Assembly: GCA_036378855.1 (NCBI GenBank)
Contig: DASUVR010000253.1
Coordinates: 1 to 57,872 of the forward strand
Direction of reading: 5' to 3'
Source: Gemmatimonadales bacterium
GTDB lineage: Bacteria > Gemmatimonadota > Gemmatimonadetes > Gemmatimonadales > GWC2-71-9
Length of the DNA stretch: 57,872 nucleotides
The notes beneath the pieces are model-generated. The model saw only the letters and a program-made list of their open reading frames with translations. It did no database searches and had not been told where the DNA came from. Of the stretch, positions 1 to 8,397 are shown piece by piece. The position numbers were made by a program, and so were the translations under genes. How positions within the stretch are numbered: the first letter of the stretch is position 1; every line of letters starts with the position of its first letter.

Positions 1-735
1 GTCTACCAGTTCATCCCGGGCCGATCCCATGAGCTCGTCTTCCTGCTGCGTGCCGGGCAGCAACAAGCCTAAAGCCAGGCCGACGATCGCCGCACCGATC
101 CCGATGGCCAGTGGGTTCTCCTCAGCCGCGTGCTCGAGATTGGTCTTGATCCGCTGAGTCTTACGGCGGGCCTGACCGCTGATCTCGTCGATACGCTCAC
201 CCGCGCGGTCCTTGAGCTCTCCGGCCCGCTCGGCTACTTCGCCGGCCGACTCCTTCACACCACTTACTGCGCCGCTGATCTTGCCACTCACACCGGAGCC
301 ACTCTGCCAGTGCCGGCCCTGACGACGCTCCGGGCCGGTATAGGCGTAGCGCGCCATCCGGTCTCCCGACACGTCGCTGCGGGAGCGCTGGGTGAGCAGC
401 CAGGTTACCCCGGCACCCACGGCAATGACCGGCAGGGGGTTCTCCCGGATCACTTCTACCAGCCGGGAGCTGGTCCTGCGGGCTTGCTCGCCAACATTGG
501 ACACGGCGCCCTGAGCGGCATCCTTGATGGCGGTCTTGGCCTCTTCCTTCAGATTGCTGGGGCTCAGCTTGTTGCCCAACTCGTCGATGTCGCGGCTCAA
601 CCGGCTGCGAGTTTGCTCGATCTCCCGTTCGATCTCTTCGGGACTCTTGTCGCCGCGGGTGCCATAGTCCGAGCCGACCTCCTGGGCCCCCGGCTCATAG
701 GCGAGGTCGCGATTCTGCCGTTCGTACTCACTCAT
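1..735 (-). CDS. DUF3618 domain-containing stress protein (partial; C-terminus runs off the left edge)
   Basis: Absent from the ORF track because it has no stop in the window. The reverse complement of 541-735 reads MSEYERQNRDLAYEPGAQEVGSDYGTRGDKSPEEIEREIEQTRSRLSRDIDELGNKLSPSNLKEE, a DUF3618-type SPEEI..IE.TR..L signature. The frame stays open to nt 1. Its ATG (733-735) overlaps the TGA of the upstream gene (ATGA). Confidence 0.75.
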   Translation of the reverse strand, partial: MSEYERQNRDLAYEPGAQEVGSDYGTRGDKSPEEIEREIEQTRSRLSRDIDELGNKLSPSNLKEEAKTAIKDAAQGAVSNVGEQARRTSSRLVEVIRENPLPVIAVGAGVTWLLTQRSRSDVSGDRMARYAYTGPERRQGRHWQSGSGVSGKISGAVSGVKESAGEVAERAGELKDRAGERIDEISGQARRKTQRIKTNLEHAAEENPLAIGIGAAIVGLALGLLLPGTQQEDELMGSARDELVD

Positions 736-1151
736 GACCGTTGCTCCTTTGCCCATTGGACGTCGTCTTTGATGGACTGGACGTCATCTTTGATGTTCTC
801 AACTGAACGACGCGGTGCGAGCTCCACTTGCTTCAGCTCCTTCATACCGCGCTGCAGCATGACGTAACCGATGATGGCGAGAATTCCGCCGACGATCAGA
901 GCGGACCAGGCCAGCGAAATGTTCGCCAGGTCCCTGATTGCGAGGATGAGCGCCGCCATGAGGGCAAGGCCCCCAAGGTAGGCGACAAATCCGCCGGCAC
1001 CCACCGAGATCAGATTAGTGGTGAGCTTGGACAACTTTTCGGTCATTTCCGTGCGGGCGAGCTGGACCTCTTGCCGGACCAGCAGCGTCATGTCCTGGGT
1101 GAGCTGACCGAAGAGCTCCCCAATGCTGCGTTCCTGCCTAAGCTCCGGCAT
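732..1151 (-). CDS. phage holin family protein (holin-X / DUF1469-like small membrane protein)
   Basis: In ORF 732..1307 I choose the internal ATG at 1151 (MPELRQERSIGELFGQLTQDMTLLVRQEVQLARTEMTEK...). GGAGG lies 5 nt upstream. Two predicted TM helices (ISVGAGGFVAYLGGLALMAALIL and ALIVGGILAIIGYVML). It overlaps the upstream gene by 14 nt. Confidence 0.75.
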   Translation of the reverse strand: MPELRQERSIGELFGQLTQDMTLLVRQEVQLARTEMTEKLSKLTTNLISVGAGGFVAYLGGLALMAALILAIRDLANISLAWSALIVGGILAIIGYVMLQRGMKELKQVELAPRRSVENIKDDVQSIKDDVQWAKEQRS

Positions 1152-1770
1152 AGCCGCCTCCGTATCCACCTTCGGAGCCGCCACCATAGCCGCCGCCGAA
1201 ATCCCGTTCGGACCCCGTGTAGCTGCCGCCAATCTCGGCGCCCCTAGTGTAGGGCTGGTTATATCCGGTATAGCCGGAATTCCGCTCCCGGCCGAACCGC
1301 TGGCCATCGCCGTGACGGCCGCCCCGCCGCTCGGAGCTCTTGAGGAAGCGAGCGCCGATCAAGCCGAGCACCAGGGCGCTCCCGATCATCACAGCGGGCT
1401 GCCGGCGGGCCAGATTCTCCAGGTCCTGGCGCATGGCCCGGGCATCCTTGTTCCGGAGATAATCCGCGACCTGCTCCACCTGGCGGGCGACGGTCTCGGT
1501 AATTCCCGCGATCCGTGGCTGATCCTCGGAGCGGAGATGCTCGGTGGTGCGCCGCAGCGCGTCGGCCATGGTCCCGAACTGGTCGGCAAACTGGTTCTTG
1601 CTCTCACCCAGGCTGCTGCTCGCCCGATCCCGAGCCTGCTGGAACGTGTTCTTGGCTTGATCTACGACTTGATTCTTCACGTCCCGGATCTGGTCCCGAG
1701 CATTCCCGCCGGATTGCTGGCCGGACGTCTCGGCTCGGGAGCCGGGGGCTTGGGTATTTGGCGTGGTCAT
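1138..1770 (-). CDS. hypothetical membrane-anchored stress-type protein (charged helical N-terminus, one TM, Gly/Tyr-rich tail)
   Basis: In ORF 1138..1869 the ATG at 1770 (MTTPNTQAPG...) is preceded by AAGGAG with 6-nt spacing. TM segment PAVMIGSALVLGLIGARFL. The C-terminal tail has GGYGGG repeats. It is the first gene of the three-gene coupled unit. Confidence 0.65.
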   Translation of the reverse strand: MTTPNTQAPGSRAETSGQQSGGNARDQIRDVKNQVVDQAKNTFQQARDRASSSLGESKNQFADQFGTMADALRRTTEHLRSEDQPRIAGITETVARQVEQVADYLRNKDARAMRQDLENLARRQPAVMIGSALVLGLIGARFLKSSERRGGRHGDGQRFGRERNSGYTGYNQPYTRGAEIGGSYTGSERDFGGGYGGGSEGGYGGGYAGA

Positions 1771-1904
1771 GTGGTGCTCCTTTGGCTGACAAACCGTCAC
1801 AAGAAACCAGCCGCCGAAGGCGGCGGTACTGAGCGATCGTGTGAAGTCAACAAAAAGCTTCCATATCACTTATGCTGCCGTGTCACAGATCACGATTCTG
1901 AGTC

Positions 1905-1954
1905 CAAAAAAGGCGGGGTCCGAGGCAGTCCAGTGTGGACCCGCCTCGGACCCC
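1905..1954 (-). terminator. rho-independent terminator downstream of the 1977..2327 gene
   Basis: Perfect 12-bp stem GGGGTCCGAGGC (1915-1926) / GCCTCGGACCCC (1943-1954). On the minus strand it is followed by a T6 run (A-run 1905-1910 on plus). Confidence 0.7.
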
Positions 1955-1976
1955 GTCAACTGCAGGCGCGAAAGAT

Positions 1977-2327
1977 CTAAAACGTCTTACCGCTGCGACC
2001 CACCCGATCTTCCTCGAAGTCGGCCATCTTGTCGGTGTCTACGTCGTGCTGGCCGGTGATCCGATGCCAGGCGTCCTTCACGGCATCTTTGACACTCTCC
2101 CAGGTCCCCCCGGCTCCCTTTCTTCCTTCGAACTTGTCCCATCCGGAGCGAAGATCCGTCTCCACATCGTTCCAATTCCGGCCCATATGGTGCTGGCCGG
2201 ACTCGAAGCCGTATTGATAGGCAGGGCGAAAATCTTCGTAATTCCGCCCAGTAGCGTACGGACGCGACGAGAAGTTGTTGCGCCACCAGTTGTCTTCGTC
2301 AATCCAGGTTCTATTCTGCGCCATCAT
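1977..2327 (-). CDS. hypothetical small Trp/Asp/Arg-rich protein (stress-type, no TM)
   Basis: 116-aa ORF (MMAQNRTWIDEDNWWRNNFSSRPYATGRNYEDFRPAYQYGFESG...). Codon usage looks clean and it has its own terminator. I do not recognise a named family. Confidence 0.6.
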   Translation of the reverse strand: MMAQNRTWIDEDNWWRNNFSSRPYATGRNYEDFRPAYQYGFESGQHHMGRNWNDVETDLRSGWDKFEGRKGAGGTWESVKDAVKDAWHRITGQHDVDTDKMADFEEDRVGRSGKTF

Positions 2328-2404
2328 ACCCTCCTTGGTTGAGGTACCCTGATTCCAAGGATTGGTAGACTAGCGCAAGTCCACGTTGCTGGTCGTGATC
2401 CTCG

Positions 2405-3121
2405 TCACTTCATTTTTCGCTCCAGCAGGATCTGCTGCAACTCCTCGGCGGCGGCGGGACCGGCGGGACTGCCTTCTTCATGCTTGAGAAAGACATACGC
2501 TTCGTCCCAAGGCTGGTCCCCTATGCGAGCGGCCCAGGTGCTCAGCTGTGACCTGTCATAAGTGATCCGCCGAAGACGCAGATAGCCCCACGCAGCGGTG
2601 GGAATCAGTGGGGCGCCCTCACCTTCATCCTCATCGACGGCCACAAGCGCTACGTCCCGGTCGCGAAGCAGCTGGTACACCTCCTCGTCGAACCAGGATT
2701 GGTGGCGAAACTCCACTGCGGCATGCCACCGCCGGGGCAACCGACTCAAGAAGCTCTGCAGCCTGGCGGCGTCCTTCTTGAATGTGGGTGGGAGCTGGAA
2801 AAGCGTGGGTCCCATCTGATGCCCCAAAGGGTTTACGGCCTGGAGAAAATACTCCAGGGAGCCATCCTCATTCTTGAGACGGCCGTTGTGGGTTATTCTC
2901 CGCGAAGCCTTCATGACGAACCTGAACTCCGGTGGAACCTGACTCGCCCACGAGGCAAGAACACGATCGGAAGGAATGCGATAGAACGAGTTGTTTACCT
3001 CGACCGTGGAGAAGCGCGCGGCGTAATACGGCAACATCTCATCGGCGGGAATTTTGGGCGGATAAAAGCTCCCTTTCCATTCCTTATAAGACCAGCCACT
3101 GGTGCCGATGTGGATGTTCAT
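2405..3121 (-). CDS. DUF72 (YecE/UPF0759) family protein
   Basis: MNIHIGTSGWSYKEWKGSFYPPKIP..YYAARFSTVEVNNSFYRIP..FRFVMKASRRITH..LFQLPP..EFRH.SW is the canonical DUF72 motif series. Confidence 0.9.
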   Translation of the reverse strand: MNIHIGTSGWSYKEWKGSFYPPKIPADEMLPYYAARFSTVEVNNSFYRIPSDRVLASWASQVPPEFRFVMKASRRITHNGRLKNEDGSLEYFLQAVNPLGHQMGPTLFQLPPTFKKDAARLQSFLSRLPRRWHAAVEFRHQSWFDEEVYQLLRDRDVALVAVDEDEGEGAPLIPTAAWGYLRLRRITYDRSQLSTWAARIGDQPWDEAYVFLKHEEGSPAGPAAAEELQQILLERKMK

Positions 3122-3255
3122 GGTAGTCGCGAGTCACCAGCCACGAGTCACCAGTCACGAGTGGCTGTGGGAAGCCCTGACTGTTGAGGCTGCTGCGTTG
3201 AAGGTGATTACCCAGAGCTCAGATCCAAGCCTGCTCGCGTTCTCGCGACTCGCGA

Positions 3256-4083
3256 CTACTCCACCAGCCGCTTATACGCCCGCAGATGCCGGATGGCTTC
3301 AGCCCGGCGGCCGAGCTGGTCGTAGAGACGAGCCAGATTGAAGTGGGCATCGGCAAAGCTGGCGTCGGTTTCGATAGCCTGCTGGTAGGCCGCCAGGGCA
3401 TCGCGCCAGCGACCCAGCTCCTCCAGCGCCGTGCCCAGGTTGAACGGGGCCGTAGGATCGGTACTCCCGGCTCGGATGGCAGCGAGGTAATGCTCGAGTG
3501 CTTCTTCGGTGCGGCCGGCCAGTTGCAGCAGGCGGCCGAGGTTCACCTGTGCGTCGGAGAGCTGCGGATTCCGCGTCAGCGCTTGAGCATAGGTTCGGAG
3601 TGCCGCCGCCGGATCGCTGGCCTCGAGCTCCAGAGCTGCATCGAACAACTCCCACGCGTCCGGAACCTGGTGACTGGGTCGGGAGTGAGGCGGCAAAGAC
3701 TTGGCAGCATGGGCGGCCGGGACCTTCGGCGCCGATCCAGCGAAGTCGATCTGGACCTGACCGGATTCCGGATTCCAGGCGGTTCCGCCCTCGTGAACCA
3801 GGAGATCGTCGCCATCGGCAACGATCCGCACTTCACTGAGAGACCGGCCGCTGGGTAGGACCCGGGCGAGCCCGCAGAGCGCGGTGCGGATTCGGCGTAA
3901 TGGGATTCTGGCCTGGGCGAGCTCTCGGGCGGTGCGGAGAAGAACGAGATCTTGAAAGGAGAAGCGGTAGCCGTTGCGGGGGCCGCGCTCGAGAGTGAGG
4001 AACCCCGCCCGAGCCTGGGACCGAACTTGAGTCTCGGACAGGCCCAACAAACGGGCCACATCGCGAGTGGAGAAGGACTCCAT
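3256..4083 (-). CDS. MerR-family HTH transcriptional regulator fused to C-terminal TPR repeats
   Basis: The N-terminus FSTRDVARLLGLSETQVRSQARAGFL...YRFSFQDLVLLRTAREL is a MerR-type HTH. The C-terminal half holds repeated A..Y..AL...P....A..NLG units (TPR). It starts 37 nt downstream of the ku stop on the same strand. Confidence 0.8.
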   Translation of the reverse strand: MESFSTRDVARLLGLSETQVRSQARAGFLTLERGPRNGYRFSFQDLVLLRTARELAQARIPLRRIRTALCGLARVLPSGRSLSEVRIVADGDDLLVHEGGTAWNPESGQVQIDFAGSAPKVPAAHAAKSLPPHSRPSHQVPDAWELFDAALELEASDPAAALRTYAQALTRNPQLSDAQVNLGRLLQLAGRTEEALEHYLAAIRAGSTDPTAPFNLGTALEELGRWRDALAAYQQAIETDASFADAHFNLARLYDQLGRRAEAIRHLRAYKRLVE

Positions 4084-4120
4084 GAGCCAACAATTTACGA
4101 CACTACGGCTCGATGGAGAA

Positions 4121-4990
4121 CTACCCCCGTCCTGCTGCCTTCCTCTTCCTCGGAGCGGCTTCGGACTCGTCGGGCTTGGCGGGAGCCCGCTTGGCGGGCT
4201 TCATCTCATCCGTGCTGGCGCCCTTCTTGGCCAGACTTGCCTTCAACGCATCCATCAGGTCGATGATCTTGGTCTCGGGAGGGGCCGCGTCTGCCGTGAT
4301 CTCCTGGCCCTCGACCTTGCTCTGAATTGCCTCGAGCACCCGCTCCCGCACCGTATCGTGATAATTCTCAGGCCGAAACTCGTCGGTAGATGACTGCTCG
4401 ATCAGCTGCCGTGCCAGCGCGAGCTCCGCTTCCTTGACCGGAGTCTCCGGGTGGGGGACTTCGGCGACCGGCTTGAGCTCGGCTGCGTAGTGCAGCTGCT
4501 CCATGACCAGCACTCCATCCAAAGGACGAACGAGAACCAGGTGTTGCTTGCCTCGAGCGGAGTACTGACCGAGAGCCGCGCGGCCCGTTGCCTTCAGTGC
4601 TTCGCCCAGCAGCCGGTAGGCCCGGTCTCCACCTTTGTCGGGTCCGAGATAGTAGACCTTGTCGAGGTACATCCGGTCCACCGCGTTGAGCGGCACGAAC
4701 TCGGCGATGTCGATGGAGTTGGTGGCCTTCTCGTCGAGGGCCTTGATCTCTTCGGGAGTGAAGGTGACGTACTGGCCCTTGGAAAATTCGTAGCCCTTGG
4801 TAATCTCATCCCGTTCGACAACGCCGCCGTCTTTGGGACAGATATACTGCTGCTTAAGCCGGGTCCCACACGACTTGTGCAGCATGTTGAAGCTTACAGT
4901 CGCTGACGACTCGCTGGCGGAATACAGCGACACCGGGACGGAGACCAGCCCGAAGGAGATGGTGGCGTTTCCGATTGATCTGGGAGGCAT
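4121..4990 (-). CDS. ku: non-homologous end joining protein Ku
   Basis: MPPRSIGNATISFGLVSVPVSLYSA...KGYEFSKGQYVTFTPEEIKALD...YYLGPDKGGDRAYRLL, with a basic Lys/Ala-rich C-terminal tail. I take the internal ATG at 4990; the ORF extension to 5176 has no Ku similarity. Confidence 0.9.
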   Translation of the reverse strand: MPPRSIGNATISFGLVSVPVSLYSASESSATVSFNMLHKSCGTRLKQQYICPKDGGVVERDEITKGYEFSKGQYVTFTPEEIKALDEKATNSIDIAEFVPLNAVDRMYLDKVYYLGPDKGGDRAYRLLGEALKATGRAALGQYSARGKQHLVLVRPLDGVLVMEQLHYAAELKPVAEVPHPETPVKEAELALARQLIEQSSTDEFRPENYHDTVRERVLEAIQSKVEGQEITADAAPPETKIIDLMDALKASLAKKGASTDEMKPAKRAPAKPDESEAAPRKRKAAGRG

Positions 4991-5148
4991 TGGCACCCAT
5001 ATACGCTGCAAATCGGGAGCCCGCAAGGAGCGGCCCTTGAAGTGAGCAGTGAACTGGTTGACTCTCACACAGTTGCCGAGATCATCTACATTCGATATGT
5101 CGCAGCGGCGCATCATGCATCGCGCGGTGAGTCTCTTAACTTTCCTCG

Positions 5149-7698
5149 ATGCCCTCGTCACCTGATCGCCTTTCACCCTACCGGGGCAAGCGTTCGCTCG
5201 ACCGGACGCCGGAGCCGTCAGGTTCCGTCGGTGAACGGCGGGAAGGCGGTGGGGTGTTCGTGGTTCATAAGCACGCTGCTCGCCGGCTGCACTACGACCT
5301 GCGGTTGGAGATGGAAGGGGTTCTTCGCTCCTGGGCGGTTCCGAAGGGCCCCTCCTACGACTCAGCCGACAAGCGGCTCGCCGTACTGGTGGAGGATCAT
5401 CCCCTGGAGTACGGGGATTTCGAAGGACTGATTCCAGAGGGCAACTACGGCGCTGGTGCGGTGATTGTGTGGGACCGGGGGAGGTGGGCTCCGCTGGAAG
5501 ATCCAGTTGAAGGCCTCGCCAAAGGCAAGCTCCTGTTCGAACTCCAGGGTATCAAGCTGCGAGGGGTGTGGACCTTGGTAAAGCTGAAGAAGGGAGAGAA
5601 CGAGTGGCTCTTCATCAAGGAGCGTGACGGATACACCGCTTCTCCGGGAAATTTCTCCGAGCAGTCCGTCCTCTCGGGTCTTACCATCGAAGATCTCAAG
5701 GCCGGGAGAACTCCGGCCCAGGAGGTCCGGGCTGAGCTCTCGCGTCTCAGTGTACCCCTGCGAGAGGTGGATGCCGCCACGCTGCGTCCTATGCTGGCCG
5801 AGGCGCAGGAAAAACCGTTCAACGCTCCGGGGTGGCTCTTCGAGCTCAAGCTCGATGGCTACCGGACACTGGCGTCACGAGACCGGACCTCACGGGTGCT
5901 CTCACGGAACGGCAACGACCTCTCGGCCTGCTTCCCGGAAATCGTGCAGGCGCTCAAGGCGCTGCCCTTCGAGCGACTGCTGCTCGACGGCGAGCTGGTG
6001 GCCCTCGACGAACACGGTCGCCCCAGCTTTCAGCGCCTGCAGCAACGCGCCCAGCTTCGGAGAGCTCTCGATATCCGCCACGCGGTGGTGGACTGCCCCG
6101 TGACATTTTACGCCTTCGATCTGCTGGCTTTCGATGGGTTCGATCTTCGCGGGCTGCCGCTGTCGAGCAGAAAACGGCTGCTTCAGCGCGTAGTGCCGCT
6201 GGCCGGAGTCATTCGCTATCTCGATCACTTCGAGGACGACGGCATTGTTCTTTACCAGCAGGTTCAGAAGCTCGGGCTCGAAGGGATCGTGGCTAAACGT
6301 GGTGATTCACCGTACAAGAGTGGCAGATCCCCGGTTTGGATAAAAGTCAGAACCCGGCGCACCGAGGATTTCGTGGTGGTGGGGTTCACCGAGCCCAAGG
6401 GGAGTAGGAGTGGATTCGGCGCCTTGCACCTGGGGTCCTATCACCACGGAGAGCTAAGGTATAGCGGCCGGGCCGGCAGCGGCTTCAGTGACAAACAGCT
6501 CTTCGAAGTTCGGCAGACTCTGCAGTCGCTCCTTCTCAAAGAAGCTCCTTGCTCGGGGCCGTTGCCTTTAGGCGACGGGACCAGGTGGGTAGAACCTCAA
6601 CTGGTCTGCGAGGTGGAGTACACCGAGCGTACCGAGGAAGGGCTGCTCCGCCAACCGGTGTTTCTCCGCTTCCGCGACGACAAGAAGCCGGAAGAGTGCG
6701 TTGCAACCGGGGAAGCGGGGAAGCCGGAAAGTCGGGAGCTAAAAGCTGAACCCAGGCGCAAAGCTACTCGGGCGAAGAGTGCTGGAAGCCAGGAGCGGGG
6801 CGAATCGGCAACCGCCAGCGAGACCCAGTTCACCAATCTGAAAAAGATCTTCTGGCCCGAGGAAGGGTATACCAAGGGAGATCTGATCGAGTACTATCGC
6901 AACGTGTCTCGCTGGATTTTGCCGTATCTCATCGACCGTCCAGTGGTCCTCACCCGCTTTCCCGACGGGATTGCCGGAAAGTCCTTCTTTCAGGTGGATG
7001 CTCCACGCTTCGTTCCTGAGTGGATCCGAACCGAACGCCGCTGGAGCGAGCAGGCCGCGCGTGAGATCGATCATTTCGTATGTGACGACGAAGCCTCCCT
7101 GCTGTATCTGATAAACCTGGGAACCATCCCTCTCCATGTGTGGAGCAGCAGAACCGCCGATATCCAGCATCCGGACTGGTGTGTGCTCGATTTAGACCCC
7201 AAAGGCGCCCCTTTCACGGATGTGGTCAAAGTCGCTGAGGTGGCACACGAGCTTTGCCGGAACATCGGACTGCCCTGCTTGGTGAAGACCAGCGGCTCCT
7301 CGGGCCTCCACCTGATGATTCCGCTCGCAGGGCAGTGTCTGCACGATCATGCGCGTACGCTCGGTGAGCTGCTCGCCCGACTCATTGCGGCAGAGCTCCC
7401 TGAGATAGCCACGCTGGCTCGTCAGATCTCCCGGCGGGAAGGCAGAGTGTATCTGGATTACCTGCAGAACGGTGCCGGCCGTCTCATCGTAGCCCCATTC
7501 AGCGCGCGACCGCTGCCCGGGGCCCCCGTTTCCATGCCGCTCCAGTGGGCCGAGGTAACTCCCCAGTTGAGTATCAAGTCTTTCACCATAGCCAACGCGT
7601 CGGACCGGATGCGGAAGCTCAAGCGTGACCCACTGCGAGAGCTTCTCGATGTGCAACCGGACATCAGTGCTGCGCTGGCGAGGCTGGCGAAACGATAG
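5149..7698 (+). CDS. ligD: ATP-dependent DNA ligase LigD, three-domain (phosphoesterase, ligase, polymerase/primase)
   Basis: N-terminal PE domain (YRGKRSLDRTPEP..FVVHKHAARRLHYDLRLE). Ligase domain with adenylation motif FELKLDGYR. Charged linker. C-terminal Pol domain (FTNLKKIFWPEEGYTKGDLIEYY...VKTSGSSGLHL...YLDYLQN). Divergent from ku. Confidence 0.95.
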   Translation: MPSSPDRLSPYRGKRSLDRTPEPSGSVGERREGGGVFVVHKHAARRLHYDLRLEMEGVLRSWAVPKGPSYDSADKRLAVLVEDHPLEYGDFEGLIPEGNYGAGAVIVWDRGRWAPLEDPVEGLAKGKLLFELQGIKLRGVWTLVKLKKGENEWLFIKERDGYTASPGNFSEQSVLSGLTIEDLKAGRTPAQEVRAELSRLSVPLREVDAATLRPMLAEAQEKPFNAPGWLFELKLDGYRTLASRDRTSRVLSRNGNDLSACFPEIVQALKALPFERLLLDGELVALDEHGRPSFQRLQQRAQLRRALDIRHAVVDCPVTFYAFDLLAFDGFDLRGLPLSSRKRLLQRVVPLAGVIRYLDHFEDDGIVLYQQVQKLGLEGIVAKRGDSPYKSGRSPVWIKVRTRRTEDFVVVGFTEPKGSRSGFGALHLGSYHHGELRYSGRAGSGFSDKQLFEVRQTLQSLLLKEAPCSGPLPLGDGTRWVEPQLVCEVEYTERTEEGLLRQPVFLRFRDDKKPEECVATGEAGKPESRELKAEPRRKATRAKSAGSQERGESATASETQFTNLKKIFWPEEGYTKGDLIEYYRNVSRWILPYLIDRPVVLTRFPDGIAGKSFFQVDAPRFVPEWIRTERRWSEQAAREIDHFVCDDEASLLYLINLGTIPLHVWSSRTADIQHPDWCVLDLDPKGAPFTDVVKVAEVAHELCRNIGLPCLVKTSGSSGLHLMIPLAGQCLHDHARTLGELLARLIAAELPEIATLARQISRREGRVYLDYLQNGAGRLIVAPFSARPLPGAPVSMPLQWAEVTPQLSIKSFTIANASDRMRKLKRDPLRELLDVQPDISAALARLAKR

Positions 7699-8397
7699 AT
7701 GACCACTGAAGCGGCGGATCTCCGGCTCCATGTCTCTCCCAGCATCGGAGAAGTCCAGGCCTTTCTGCTGCGTCCTCCGGACGCCTGGTTGCTCTACGTC
7801 ATGGCCCATGGCGCCGGCGCCGGAATGCGACACCAGTTTCTCGAGCGCATATCAGCATCGCTCGGGGCGAGGGGTGTAGCGACATTCCGCTACCAGTTTC
7901 CCTACATGGAAGCCGGTCGCAACCGGCCCGACCCGCCAGCCATACTCCAGGAAACAGTCCGAGCAGCGGTGATGAAGGCCGGCGAGATCGTTCCTGAGCT
8001 GCCCATAGTAGCGGGCGGAAAATCTCTGGGTGGACGGATGACTTCTTCCGCGGCAGCTAGCGCTTCACTCGATCGCGCCCGGGGGCTGGTGTTTCTCGGC
8101 TTTCCGCTGCACCCTCCGGGGCAGCCCGGCACTCACCGGGCGGATCACCTTCAAGCCGTAGATGTCCCCATGCTTTTTCTCCAGGGAACCCGCGATGGGT
8201 TTGCCCGGCTCGATCTGATTACGGATGTCACCAGCCGCCTGCAATCGCTCGCCACCCTGCACCTGGTGGACGGGGCCGATCACTCGTTTGGCGTCTCCAA
8301 GCGGGCGGGTCGATCTCAGGAACAGGTCATAGACGAGCTAGCCGAAGCCATTGTCGGCTGGGCTCGCGCGCTCGGTGGGGAAGCCGTCCGGGCATGA
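7699..8397 (+). CDS. alpha/beta family hydrolase (COG3571 / KANL3-Tex30-like)
   Basis: AHGAGAGMRHQFLE, the nucleophile elbow GGKSLGGR (G-x-S-x-G), and LQGTRD...H near the C-terminus. Its ATG directly abuts the ligD TAG (TAGATG), and its stop overlaps the next ATG. Confidence 0.8.
   Translation: MTTEAADLRLHVSPSIGEVQAFLLRPPDAWLLYVMAHGAGAGMRHQFLERISASLGARGVATFRYQFPYMEAGRNRPDPPAILQETVRAAVMKAGEIVPELPIVAGGKSLGGRMTSSAAASASLDRARGLVFLGFPLHPPGQPGTHRADHLQAVDVPMLFLQGTRDGFARLDLITDVTSRLQSLATLHLVDGADHSFGVSKRAGRSQEQVIDELAEAIVGWARALGGEAVRA

Noticed and set aside
732-1151. A 'phage holin' family gene, plus the NlpC/P60 (11335) and SLT (33607) genes, as a possible prophage lysis cassette.
   Set aside because: No capsid, terminase, integrase, tail or repressor genes lie anywhere in the window. 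The three genes are tens of kb apart. The holin-X gene is translationally coupled to DUF3618 and a stress-type protein, a non-phage context.
1830-1900. An EcfG-type general stress promoter (GGAAC-N16/17-CGTT) upstream of the stress triad; the minus strand reads GGAAGC-N17-CGAT.
   Set aside because: It has mismatches in both half-sites. This lineage is not known to me to use the PhyR/EcfG system. The match is too weak to call.
3130-3160. Direct repeats CGAGTCACCAG as a mini CRISPR array.
   Set aside because: There are only two full copies of an 11-mer, separated by 4 nt, which is far too short and close for repeat-spacer architecture. No cas genes are present.
4991-5176. N-terminal 62-codon extension of the Ku ORF. 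Similar extensions occur on ORFs starting at 1307, 1869, 11990, 13473, 14777, 17529, 24013, 28510, 28733, 29162, 30704, 35033, 40819, 41185, 46851 and 57725.
   Set aside because: The extensions lack similarity to the respective families and often overlap upstream genes or divergent promoters. Internal starts restore canonical N-termini, signal peptides or SD spacing.
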